Of a stretch of 64,000 bases of DNA, positions 9,119 through 17,823 are shown piece after piece (position 1 is the stretch's first letter; each line of letters opens with the position of its first letter). The stretch covers positions 30,976 through 94,975 of the forward strand of contig JANQND010000011.1 in NCBI GenBank assembly GCA_028279765.1. Direction: 5' to 3'. Source of the DNA: Candidatus Nanoarchaeia archaeon. GTDB taxonomy: Archaea > Nanobdellota > Nanobdellia > Woesearchaeales > WJIZ01. The notes beneath the pieces were generated by a model, which made no database searches, had not been told where the DNA came from, and saw only the letters and a list, made by a program, of their open reading frames with translations. The translations under genes were made by a program, and so were the position numbers.

Positions 9119-11040
9119 TTGCCTTCAAATTCTGCCCGTACAATATCGCGATCAATTCTTCGGATGCACTCAGACATTTTATCGCGCAGATCACCATCAG
9201 TTGTTGCCTTGATGATTTGCTTTTGCACATCAATGATTCTTCTGAATAACCGAATAATATCTCCTTCTAATAGGTTGCAGTACCCGAGCAACTCAATGAA
9301 CTGCTCCTCATTGGACCAGGCACTGATCATTGCGGTGAGCCGAAAGAGGCTTTTCTTGTTGATTTGACGATCAAGATAGCGATTAGGACAAATAATGCTT
9401 AGAATATGCCCATAGGTTGATTTGGCTCCTTTGGTCACGAATTTATCCATCCTGCGCTCTTCATACACAATTGCTGCAATGATACAGTTAATCTCTGTGA
9501 CAGAGAGTTTTTTGTACATCTGTGAATAAAAGAGTTCGCTGATGAGCAATTCTTCAAAATAGATATGGGTTGCGAAATCACCTTTTCCGGTGATGTGCTT
9601 TTCTTCATCGATATATCCCATCTTGGTCAGGTTTTTGACTTTATTGTTATAGGAGGCAACAATTCTTACTTGTTTATCCGACTTTGTTCGCAGAAAATAA
9701 TCAAAGTTACTCTTGAGAATCGTGTCGATCTCTTCTTCTGTGTGTGCCTTGATAAGGTTGAGAACCGTATTTACGGATAATCGAAATTGAGAGACAATCG
9801 GCTCAATGTCCTTATCGGTGAGTTTCTTTATTTTTTCAATGTCTGCCCGTCTTCGATCCACTAAGGCGATGACAGTTCCGTGCGTATCAATTCCTCTTCT
9901 TCCTGCTCTTCCTGCAAGCTGGAAATATTCTTTGGAATTGAGGTAGCGAAAGGAATACCCATCATATTTCTCTAATGAATCAAAACAGACGGTCTTTGCG
10001 GGCATATTGATCCCTACGGCAAAGGTTTCGGTTGCGTAGAGTACTGAGATGAGTCCTTTTTCAAAGAGCCGCTCTACAATCTCCTTGAGATTAGGGAGTA
10101 GTCCTGCGTGATGATAGGCAATTCCTTTGGTGAGGCACTCTCTGATCTTTCGATAGCTCTGCATTTGCCTCACTTCAGCATTGAGATGCTTATTGATGAT
10201 TTCGATGATTTCTTTTTTCTGCTGTTTTGAGCAGTAATCACGCATCTTAGCAAGCTCCTGGCTGTATTTCTCGCAGGATTTTCTGTTGAAGATAAAATAA
10301 ATGACCGGGACATTGTTTCCGATTTCCTTGATGAGGTCCTTGTGATTGGCAGGGTATTCTCTGGGCTGCTTTCTTCTTCCTCTGCTCCTGATGGAGTAGG
10401 TGGGAATGTCCTGGATATGGGTTAATTTCTCTACATCAGTAACCCCGAGGGTTTTCTCGAAGACTGAGTGCGTGAGGGGAACCGCTCGCTTGTCATGCGA
10501 GACCACATGCACGTTATGCCCTTTGATAGAGGAGATCCATTCAGCGAACTCTTCAGCATTGGGAATAGTAGCAGAGAGGCATAAGAACCGAATAGTAGTT
10601 GGAGAGAAAATAATGGATTCTTCCCAGACTGTTCCTCTTTCTCTATCAGAGATATAGTGAATTTCATCAAAGATAACATAGCTGAGATGCTCCATGATGT
10701 CATCGCGGCTCAACAGCATGTTTCGATAGATCTCAGTGGTCATGACTAAGAGCGGTGCATCGGGGTTGATAACAACATCACCAGTCATGATTCCTACATT
10801 TTCTTTGCCGTAATCATTGATGAAATCCTTGTACTTTTGATTTGAAAGCGCCTTGATAGGCGCCGTATAGATAACTCTTCTTTTGGATTCGAGAAATTTA
10901 TGAATAGTATAGTCGGCAGTAAGAGTTTTTCCTGTCCCGGTTGGTGCAGAGACAATGACCGAATCGTTGTTTTCGATATGATTGATGGACTGAACCTGAA
11001 ATTCGTCCAGTGTTAACCCTTTAAATTGCATGAATTTCAA
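9115..11040 (-). CDS. Ski2/Mtr4/HelY-like SF2 RNA helicase with C-terminal DSHCT domain
   Basis: Walker A APTGTGKT, a DEIH box and SAT. The C-terminus (LLEGDIIRLFRRIIDVQKQI...RRIDRDIV) resembles the DSHCT domain of Mtr4/Ski2/HelY. No arch/KOW insertion at 641 aa. Confidence 0.7.
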   Translation of the reverse strand: MKFMQFKGLTLDEFQVQSINHIENNDSVIVSAPTGTGKTLTADYTIHKFLESKRRVIYTAPIKALSNQKYKDFINDYGKENVGIMTGDVVINPDAPLLVMTTEIYRNMLLSRDDIMEHLSYVIFDEIHYISDRERGTVWEESIIFSPTTIRFLCLSATIPNAEEFAEWISSIKGHNVHVVSHDKRAVPLTHSVFEKTLGVTDVEKLTHIQDIPTYSIRSRGRRKQPREYPANHKDLIKEIGNNVPVIYFIFNRKSCEKYSQELAKMRDYCSKQQKKEIIEIINKHLNAEVRQMQSYRKIRECLTKGIAYHHAGLLPNLKEIVERLFEKGLISVLYATETFAVGINMPAKTVCFDSLEKYDGYSFRYLNSKEYFQLAGRAGRRGIDTHGTVIALVDRRRADIEKIKKLTDKDIEPIVSQFRLSVNTVLNLIKAHTEEEIDTILKSNFDYFLRTKSDKQVRIVASYNNKVKNLTKMGYIDEEKHITGKGDFATHIYFEELLISELFYSQMYKKLSVTEINCIIAAIVYEERRMDKFVTKGAKSTYGHILSIICPNRYLDRQINKKSLFRLTAMISAWSNEEQFIELLGYCNLLEGDIIRLFRRIIDVQKQIIKATTDGDLRDKMSECIRRIDRDIVRAEFEGN

Positions 11041-11064
11041 AGAAGTGAGGAGGTTTAAATAACT

Positions 11065-11205
11065 TTAGCTCCTGGCCTTGAGCTTTTTTCTTTGTTCATA
11101 GCAAGCAAAACAGAGTGTATGAACTGTCTTATTGTCATTCGTGTATAATCTACAGTCAGAAGCGCTATTAATGTGCTTTTTGCAAGATTCGCATTGATTG
11201 TACAT
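11065..11205 (-). CDS. small C4 zinc-ribbon protein (about 46 aa, unannotated)
   Basis: Manual translation gives MYNQCESCKKHINSASDCRLYTNDNKTVHTLCFACYEQRKKLKARS, with two CxxC pairs. Confidence 0.35.
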   Translation of the reverse strand: MYNQCESCKKHINSASDCRLYTNDNKTVHTLCFACYEQRKKLKARS

Positions 11206-11312
11206 GGTACACCTGCTGGTAATCTTTGCTTACTACTTTAGAGATGTTAATGTATAAATAATTTGCGAATGAATATAAACTGGAAGAAAAAGATAAGAAA
11301 AAAAGAAAAGGC

Positions 11313-11460
11313 TTAGGCTTTTCCAAGGATTCTGAATACTTTGGTTCCGCAGTCAGGACATACACCCTTTGCTGCCTTCATACCATTTTTCATGATCGTT
11401 TCCTCTGGATCTTTGATGGTTACTTGTTTTTTACATTTCATGCATCTTCCTTCTGGCATA
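11313..11460 (-). CDS. small zinc-ribbon protein (about 48 aa, unannotated)
   Basis: Manual translation gives MPEGRCMKCKKQVTIKDPEETIMKNGMKAAKGVCPDCGTKVFRILGKA, a CxxC...CxxC arrangement typical of small archaeal Zn-ribbon proteins. Confidence 0.45.
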
Positions 11461-11563
11461 GTATCACCTTTGATTGTTTTTACAGTATTTTCTCATATAG
11501 CCTATTTAGTTTATAAAACTTTGGGAAAAATATTCGCTGCTAAGGGCCTGATTTATAAAGAAA

Positions 11564-12253
11564 TCACTTCACAATCTTGAGAAGGTCTAAGATGTCATTG
11601 AGCTCATAATCGGCTTTTACGATCTTTTTTCCTTTTCTGTGGCCATATTTTGCAAAGCAGGTTTGCATTCCCATCTTTTTTGCGCCCATAATATCGCGCT
11701 CAGGCATATCCCCAACCATGAGGCAGTCTTCAGGCGGAAGCCTGAGTTTTTTGAGTGCGACTTCAAACGGCTTGGGAGATGGTTTTTTCTGCTTGGTATC
11801 ATCAAAGGTTACTACGGTATCAAAGAAATAATCAATCTTCATTGCACTGAGCCTCATCCAGGCCTGTATCTTTGGCGCGTCGCTGACAATCGCCAGAGTA
11901 ATTCCTTTCTCCTTGAGCTTTTGCAGGGTGGCGATAACATGAGGATACGGCTCAAGAAAGCCTACCCGTACTCTTCGATAGGCGTTGATCGCGTAGGCGA
12001 GAATCCGATAATCAATTGTTTTTGTCTCTTCCTGGAGAAATTTCTGAAAAATGGTCTGATGCTCCCAACCTAACTGATCATAGAGCTTGAAGAGTTTTCG
12101 CATTATTCTTTCCGCTTTCATGTCAAGCCCGGCATCTATCATCGCCGAGGCAGCAGCCTCGACACTGAGGCGTTTCATTTTGATGAAGTCAGTGAGTGTG
12201 TTGTCAAGATCAAAAATAATAGCCTTTATCATGATCTTTTCTGGACTTAACAC
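11564..12253 (-). CDS. HAD-superfamily hydrolase, subfamily IA (phosphoglycolate phosphatase-like)
   Basis: IIFDLDNTL motif I and a downstream VGD..D. The start may instead be the internal MIKAII at 12232. Confidence 0.7.
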   Translation of the reverse strand: MLSPEKIMIKAIIFDLDNTLTDFIKMKRLSVEAAASAMIDAGLDMKAERIMRKLFKLYDQLGWEHQTIFQKFLQEETKTIDYRILAYAINAYRRVRVGFLEPYPHVIATLQKLKEKGITLAIVSDAPKIQAWMRLSAMKIDYFFDTVVTFDDTKQKKPSPKPFEVALKKLRLPPEDCLMVGDMPERDIMGAKKMGMQTCFAKYGHRKGKKIVKADYELNDILDLLKIVK

Positions 12254-12306
12254 CTATATAAAATGTGTGGAGATGTTACATAGAGTTCTTACTTTTCTTT
12301 ATTGCC

Positions 12307-12447
12307 ATTTTGACGATGATGGAGGTAGACGCTCACGACGTTCGCTACCGACTACCCCGAAGGTCATGGAAAGCAACAGACTGATTGTCTCGCTTTCTAG
12401 GACTCCCAGAAATCCTTGATTTCTGTGAGGGGCATCCCCCAGCCGGT
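12307..12447 (+). ncRNA. candidate structured ncRNA (element B, homologous to 8303-8436)
   Basis: GC-rich island in an intergenic region. Shares TTGACG..TGAYGG, CTACCCCGAAGG and TCCCCCAGCCGG with element A and has a GGGG-cat-CCCCC hairpin. Compensatory base changes in the outer helix: accgact/agccggt here against gtcggct/agccgac in A. Confidence 0.4.
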
Positions 12448-12577
12448 CTACTCCATCGGCAAAATCATGTAAGGAACTGTGTAATGGATCAAAGATAGTT
12501 TCAAACTTTTAATTTTCAGTATCGAAATTAATCCCGCTTTAGAATACTTTATATAGAAACCTGCAACGAGAAGTCTC

Positions 12578-12916
12578 ATGAAACAAGTCATTATTGTTCG
12601 TTCAGACCTGAAACTCCCGAAGGGCAAAATGTCTGCACAAGTTGCTCACGCATCAACTGAGGCAGTGCTTCGGTCGCATAAAGATGATATTTCGGTATGG
12701 AGAAAGGGCGGGATGAAGAAAATTGTCCTGAAGGTTGCTAATCAAAAAGAACTGCTAAAATATAAGACTCTTGCAGAAGATCATGGCTTGGTTACTGCAC
12801 TTATTACTGATGCAGGCCACACGGTTGTTGAGCCGGGAACCATGACTTGTCTAGGCATCGGTCCAGATAAGGAAGAGAAGATTGATATGGTTACTGGTAA
12901 ACTCAAGATGGTGTAG
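12578..12916 (+). CDS. pth2: Peptidyl-tRNA hydrolase, archaeal type (Pth2)
   Basis: MKQVIIVRSDLKLPKGKMSAQVAHAS... is the canonical PTH2 fold signature. Size 112 aa. Confidence 0.9.
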   Translation: MKQVIIVRSDLKLPKGKMSAQVAHASTEAVLRSHKDDISVWRKGGMKKIVLKVANQKELLKYKTLAEDHGLVTALITDAGHTVVEPGTMTCLGIGPDKEEKIDMVTGKLKMV

Positions 12917-12970
12917 CGTATTTTTGACAATACTTTTTTAAATTGCTAACTGGTTCTTATGTACTTACAT

Positions 12971-13074
12971 GGGCTCTTAGCTCAGCCTGGTTAGAGCGAT
13001 CGCCTCTTACGCGACTGGTTATATACCAGTATGAAGAAAGCGATAGGTCGGGGGTTCGAATCCCCTAGGGCCCA
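12971..13074 (+). tRNA. tRNA-Lys(CUU) with about 29-nt intron in the anticodon arm
   Basis: Cloverleaf folded by hand. Acceptor GGGCTCT/AGGGCCC, D-stem GCTC/GAGC, anticodon stem ATCGC/GCGAT, loop CUCUUA(A/C), T-stem GGGGG-TTCGAAT-CCCCT, discriminator A. The intron (~cgcgactggttatataccagtatgaagaa) contains its own hairpin. No CCA is encoded. Confidence 0.75.
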
Positions 13075-13179
13075 CTTGTATTCTAAACTTTTACTCTTTT
13101 CACTTTTATTCTTTTCTTGACCACTATTGGCACACATTTGTCGAATAATTTATATATCTGATTAGGCCAAAGAATACGT

Positions 13180-13428
13180 ATGTGTCTTGCGATACCCGGG
13201 AAAGTCATTGAAATAACAGGAGATAAGGCTGTTGCTGATTTTGGGGGATTGAAACGAAAAGTCGATGTTTCCCTTATTGATCAATGCAAGGTAAGTGATT
13301 ACGTCTTAGTCCATGTTGGTTTTGCTATTCAAAAGATTGATGAGCCAACAGCAAGAGAAACCTATCGTCTTCTCTCGGAAATGGATAAGGAAGCAATGAA
13401 CGAAGAGCTGAGGGCAAATCATGAATGA
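13180..13428 (+). CDS. hypC: Hydrogenase maturation factor HypC/HupF
   Basis: MCLAIPGKV... N-terminus, with the essential Cys2 after Met. Size 82 aa. Confidence 0.85.
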   Translation: MCLAIPGKVIEITGDKAVADFGGLKRKVDVSLIDQCKVSDYVLVHVGFAIQKIDEPTARETYRLLSEMDKEAMNEELRANHE

Positions 13429-14434
13429 GTATGTACAGAAAATAGAGGATCTTGCAAAAGAGATGGGAGAGGTTCGCATTATGGAGGTGTGCGGGGGCCA
13501 TACGAATACTATTATGCGCTATGGCATCAGGGAAGTACTGCCCAGCAACATCAAACTGATATCCGGTCCCGGGTGCCCTGTGTGCGTTACTTCTCAATAT
13601 GATATTGATTGCATGATTGAGCTTGCGCTTTCTGGGGTGAAGGTTGCTACGTATGGTGATATGATTAATGTTCCGGGAACGAAGATGAGCTTAAAGGATG
13701 CTCAGGCGCAAGGGGCAGATGTGAAGATGATTTACTCTGCCGACCAGATCATTGATGAGAAAGATCGTGTGTTCTTTGCTGTTGGATTCGAGACTACTAC
13801 TCCTATGACTGCGCGGCTGCTTCAGCAGGGCATAACAGTTTTTTGCGCTCATAAACTTATTCCCCCTGCAATGAGAGTGCTTGTGCAGGAAATGAAAATT
13901 GATGGATTTATTGATCCGGGGCATGTCTCAACGATCATCGGGGAAGATATCTGGTCTGAGCTGGACATTCCCGCTCCTCAGGTTATCTCCGGATTCAAGC
14001 CTGAGCAACTGATTAAGGCAACGTATGTGCTGCTTGATCTCATCAAAAATAAAGAGAAAGAAGTAGTGAATGAATACCCTGAGGTGGTCTTTTCTAAGGG
14101 TAATCCTATAGCTACGAAAATTATTGAGGAGACCATGAAGGTGGTGGACTCCGAATGGAGGGGCATGGGTACTATCCCACAGTCCAGTCTTGCTCCTAAG
14201 GATCCAAAGCTTGATGCACGGATAGTGTATAAAGATATTCTGAAGAATGTCGTTAGTCAGGAAAATAAGGAGTGCAGGTGCGGTGAAATTGTTAGGGGAA
14301 TGATTGAGCCGAGAGACTGTAAGCTCTTTGGGCAGGGATGCACTCCTGAAAACCCTCAGGGCGCCTGCATGGTGAGCGAGTCAGAAGGAGCGTGCGCTAT
14401 TGCATTTAAGTATGGGAAGAGCCTTTCTGAATAG
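13421..14434 (+). CDS. hypD: Hydrogenase maturation factor HypD
   Basis: Conserved CGGHT and GPGCPVCV motifs with C-terminal Cys motifs. Overlaps hypC by 8 nt. Confidence 0.85.
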   Translation: MNEYVQKIEDLAKEMGEVRIMEVCGGHTNTIMRYGIREVLPSNIKLISGPGCPVCVTSQYDIDCMIELALSGVKVATYGDMINVPGTKMSLKDAQAQGADVKMIYSADQIIDEKDRVFFAVGFETTTPMTARLLQQGITVFCAHKLIPPAMRVLVQEMKIDGFIDPGHVSTIIGEDIWSELDIPAPQVISGFKPEQLIKATYVLLDLIKNKEKEVVNEYPEVVFSKGNPIATKIIEETMKVVDSEWRGMGTIPQSSLAPKDPKLDARIVYKDILKNVVSQENKECRCGEIVRGMIEPRDCKLFGQGCTPENPQGACMVSESEGACAIAFKYGKSLSE

Positions 14435-14463
14435 ATAGTAAGTTGATTGGGAACAGATAGTGA

Positions 14464-15504
14464 ATGGATATGAGTGAGAGCATGGCTTCGGAAAAAAAAT
14501 GTTTAACTGGGCAATGCCCTCCTTTGCAAAAGGAAGATGAGCAGGTAGTCAAGCTTAGCGAGGGTTCGGGAGGCAAGGAGATGCACCGGCTTATTGCTGA
14601 GGCAACATCCCACTTTAGTTCTGGAGACTGGAAGCATACTGATGAAGACTCCTCTTTGCTTGCGGTGAATCAGAATAACGTCTTGTTTACTACTGATTCT
14701 TATGTGGTCACTCCTCTTTTTTTCCCCGGAGGAGATATAGGGAAGCTTGCGTTTTGCGGTACGGTCAATGATCTTTCGGTGATGGGCGCAAAGCCACTTG
14801 GGATCTCTCTCGGGCTTATTATTGAGGAAGGATTTTCGAAGTCGGACCTCTTTGCGATACTCAAAACCATCGGGGAGCTTTCTAAGCAGGCCGGAATACC
14901 GATTGCTACTGGTGATACCAAGGTTATGGAGAGAGGATCGGTGGATAAACTTATTATCAATACGAGCGGGATTGGGGTTGCGCAGAATGTTCTCGATGAG
15001 CAGATAGAACCCGGGGACAAGATCATTGTTTCCGGGGGTATCGGCGAGCATGGCACTGCACTTCTTGCAAAACGCTTTGAGCTTGAATCTTCAGTTAAAA
15101 CCGACAGTAAACCACTCTGGGAAGAGATTAACAGTGTCGTACACCTGGTGAAGCAGGCAAAGGATATTACCAGGGGCGGGCTTGCCTCAGTGCTTAATGA
15201 GATTGCACAAAAAGAGAAGAAACAACTGACAATTATTGAAGAGTCTATTCCACTGCTTGGCGAGGTACGGGCATTGACAGAAATTCTGGGCATTGATGCG
15301 TATTCGCTTGCCTGCGAGGGAAGGTTTGTTTGTATTTGCTCTGCAAAACATGCAGATGCTGCTGTTGAAAAACTACGAGTGTTTAATACGATGGCCTGTG
15401 TCGTTGGGGAGGTTCAGGATGGCAGCGATGTTATTGTGCAGACACGATTCGGGAAAAAAATTCTGAGTATGCCCTCGGGCAATATCGTTCCGAGGATTTG
15501 TTAG
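14464..15504 (+). CDS. hypE: Hydrogenase maturation factor HypE (carbamoyl dehydratase)
   Basis: AIR-synthase/PurM-like fold ending in ...PRIC with a C-terminal Cys, as in HypE. Confidence 0.8.
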   Translation: MDMSESMASEKKCLTGQCPPLQKEDEQVVKLSEGSGGKEMHRLIAEATSHFSSGDWKHTDEDSSLLAVNQNNVLFTTDSYVVTPLFFPGGDIGKLAFCGTVNDLSVMGAKPLGISLGLIIEEGFSKSDLFAILKTIGELSKQAGIPIATGDTKVMERGSVDKLIINTSGIGVAQNVLDEQIEPGDKIIVSGGIGEHGTALLAKRFELESSVKTDSKPLWEEINSVVHLVKQAKDITRGGLASVLNEIAQKEKKQLTIIEESIPLLGEVRALTEILGIDAYSLACEGRFVCICSAKHADAAVEKLRVFNTMACVVGEVQDGSDVIVQTRFGKKILSMPSGNIVPRIC

Positions 15505-17645
15505 AAATTAGTTTTCAGATAATAAGCAATTTGTCCGAAACTAATTCCTCCGTCTCCGCTTGGAACCTGCTTATTAAGATATACTCCTTTGTCGATCATA
15601 TAGGAGGACATGATTGTGTTGTATGCACACCCTCCTGAGAAGACTATCGGTTTCTTTTGTTCTGAAGCTATTTCGTGCAATCCTTTTGCAAGATAGAGCT
15701 GAGCGGTAGCTGCAAGCCTTTTCCTGTCTTTTTCTTTGTTTTCGATGAGGTACCTGAATAGAGGGGTAGTGAGTAAAACGTTATTTTCAATGACCGGCTC
15801 CATATCATAGGGTATGGATGAATGCGCTTCCAGCAGCATAGCTGGCCTTCCTTCATAGGTTCTCTCATTGCAAAGTCCCAGCATGAATGCGGCAGCATCT
15901 AAGATTCTCCCGCAGCTACTGGTTAGAGGACAATTGAATTGCTCATTGAGCTGCTTTCTCATTATGGCTAGTTCTTTTTGCGTGAAATAGTTTCGCATGT
16001 GCTTACTGCATTCTTCAGGAGGGAGGAATTTTGACAAAATGGAGAAAAGCATTTTTGCTGGATATTTCGCTGCAGAGTCGCCCCCCAGCTGATAGTGCTG
16101 CTCAAGATGTCCCGTTCGCTTGTTATTGTAAAATACCTCTCCCCCCCATATTGTCTCATCCTCACCGTAGCCTAGTCCATCACAGACGATTGCTGCGAAA
16201 TCTGTTAGATTGTGCTCTTGTGCGACACTGCAGGCATGAGCTTTGTGGTGCTGCACTCTTATCAGCGGAATATTCCACTCTTCTGAGAGTTCCTGTGCAT
16301 ATATCGAGGTATTGTAGGCGGGATGCGCATCTGCAAGTATCACCTCTGGTTTGCACTGAGTAAATGCAAGGAACTTGCTTACCATTTTTTTATAGGAATT
16401 GAAGGTGTTTGCATCTGAGGTTGTCCCCATGTAGGGAGAGAATATTGCTTTCTTGTCTTTGAATAGGCAGAAGGTATTGCTTAATTCTGCTCCCAGAGCG
16501 AGTATCTGTTTATGACATGAGGTTTTTAGGGGGATTGACTGTGGGACAAATCCCCTGCTTCTTCTTATCAGGAGGTTTTTGTTTTGGATGATTTTTACCA
16601 GAGAATCATCAATGGGGTTTTCTATTGGCCTGGTGTGATTGAGAATATTTTGTACGTTCTGCTGGCTGCTTGCGGTGGTGATAGGTTGATCGGAGATATT
16701 TGAGGAGGTCATGACAATAGGCTCACCGATGTAATCAAAAAGAAGGTAGTGAAGAGCGGTATAAGGCAGCATGATCCCAATCGTATCAAGCTCGCTTATT
16801 TCTTTCAGGGATGCTTTCTTTTTGAGAATGAGGATGGGGCGCTGTACGGACTGGAGAATGTCTGCTTCTTTTTTCGATATGTGAGCTATTTTTTTTGCCA
16901 TATCGATGTCTCTGCACATAACGGCGAAGGGTTTATGCGGCCTTGCTGTTATTGCTCTGAGTTCCTTGATTGACTCTTTTTGAAGGCTGCAGGCCAAATG
17001 GAATCCTCCGATTCCTTTTATGGCTACTACTTTGCTATTCTTAATGAGTTTAACCGTTTGCTCTATGAGTTCCAGCTCATTTGCGCTTTTAACTTCTCTC
17101 CCTTCTCTGAATAACTGCAGTCTTGGACCGCAGTTGTGACAGGCAATGGTCTGTGCATGATACCTTCTGTCTTTGGGGTCAGTGTATTCCCTATGGCATT
17201 CCGGGCACATCTCAAAAGAATCCATCGTTATTGTTTTTCGATCGTAGGGGCTTTTTTTTGCGATAGAGAAGCGGGGGCCGCAGTTCGTGCAGGTAGTGAA
17301 GTAGTAGTTGTGCCTTCTGCTTGTACTATCCTTGAGTTCTTTTTGGCAATCTTTGCAGAGGAACAGATCAGGCGGGATCTCAGCAAATCCTTTTCCTTCA
17401 CTTTCTTTTATGGTAAAATCATTGAAGTGTTTTTCTGATGGTTTTACCTCGTATGACTCGATTTTTGCAAGTTCAGGAACACCCTTTAGAATTCGTACAA
17501 ACTTTTCTTTATCGTTTACCTCAACGATCACGCCTCCTCCAGTATTTTGAACATATCCTCTTAGTCCTGCTTTTTTGCAGGCATTATAGATATATGGCCT
17601 AAACCCCACTCCCTGAACGATGCCTTTGATGATAAAGGTGTACAT
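15501..17645 (-). CDS. hypF: Carbamoyltransferase HypF
   Basis: Acylphosphatase-like N-terminus (VQGVGFRPYIY), paired Zn-finger CxxC repeats, a YrdC-like domain and a Kae1-like domain. Size 714 aa. Confidence 0.85.
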   Translation of the reverse strand: MYTFIIKGIVQGVGFRPYIYNACKKAGLRGYVQNTGGGVIVEVNDKEKFVRILKGVPELAKIESYEVKPSEKHFNDFTIKESEGKGFAEIPPDLFLCKDCQKELKDSTSRRHNYYFTTCTNCGPRFSIAKKSPYDRKTITMDSFEMCPECHREYTDPKDRRYHAQTIACHNCGPRLQLFREGREVKSANELELIEQTVKLIKNSKVVAIKGIGGFHLACSLQKESIKELRAITARPHKPFAVMCRDIDMAKKIAHISKKEADILQSVQRPILILKKKASLKEISELDTIGIMLPYTALHYLLFDYIGEPIVMTSSNISDQPITTASSQQNVQNILNHTRPIENPIDDSLVKIIQNKNLLIRRSRGFVPQSIPLKTSCHKQILALGAELSNTFCLFKDKKAIFSPYMGTTSDANTFNSYKKMVSKFLAFTQCKPEVILADAHPAYNTSIYAQELSEEWNIPLIRVQHHKAHACSVAQEHNLTDFAAIVCDGLGYGEDETIWGGEVFYNNKRTGHLEQHYQLGGDSAAKYPAKMLFSILSKFLPPEECSKHMRNYFTQKELAIMRKQLNEQFNCPLTSSCGRILDAAAFMLGLCNERTYEGRPAMLLEAHSSIPYDMEPVIENNVLLTTPLFRYLIENKEKDRKRLAATAQLYLAKGLHEIASEQKKPIVFSGGCAYNTIMSSYMIDKGVYLNKQVPSGDGGISFGQIAYYLKTNF

Positions 17646-17823
17646 GCAATGTGCTAAGAGGTTTTCTCTTAAATAGATTTCTTAATCTCCCCTGTTTTCA
17701 TGCTAAACTTTTCATCACAATCTTTATATATGCGATCACTTCCAAAAAGAGAGAGGTGGGACCATCGATAAGAATGTATCTTCAAAATATCTTCTGATAG
17801 GAATTTTCGTTGGACTTCTTGCT

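Noticed and set aside
14503-15293. Minus-strand ORFs of 182 and 197 aa within hypE.
   Set aside because: They are antisense to a well-supported HypE coding region and no motifs were found.
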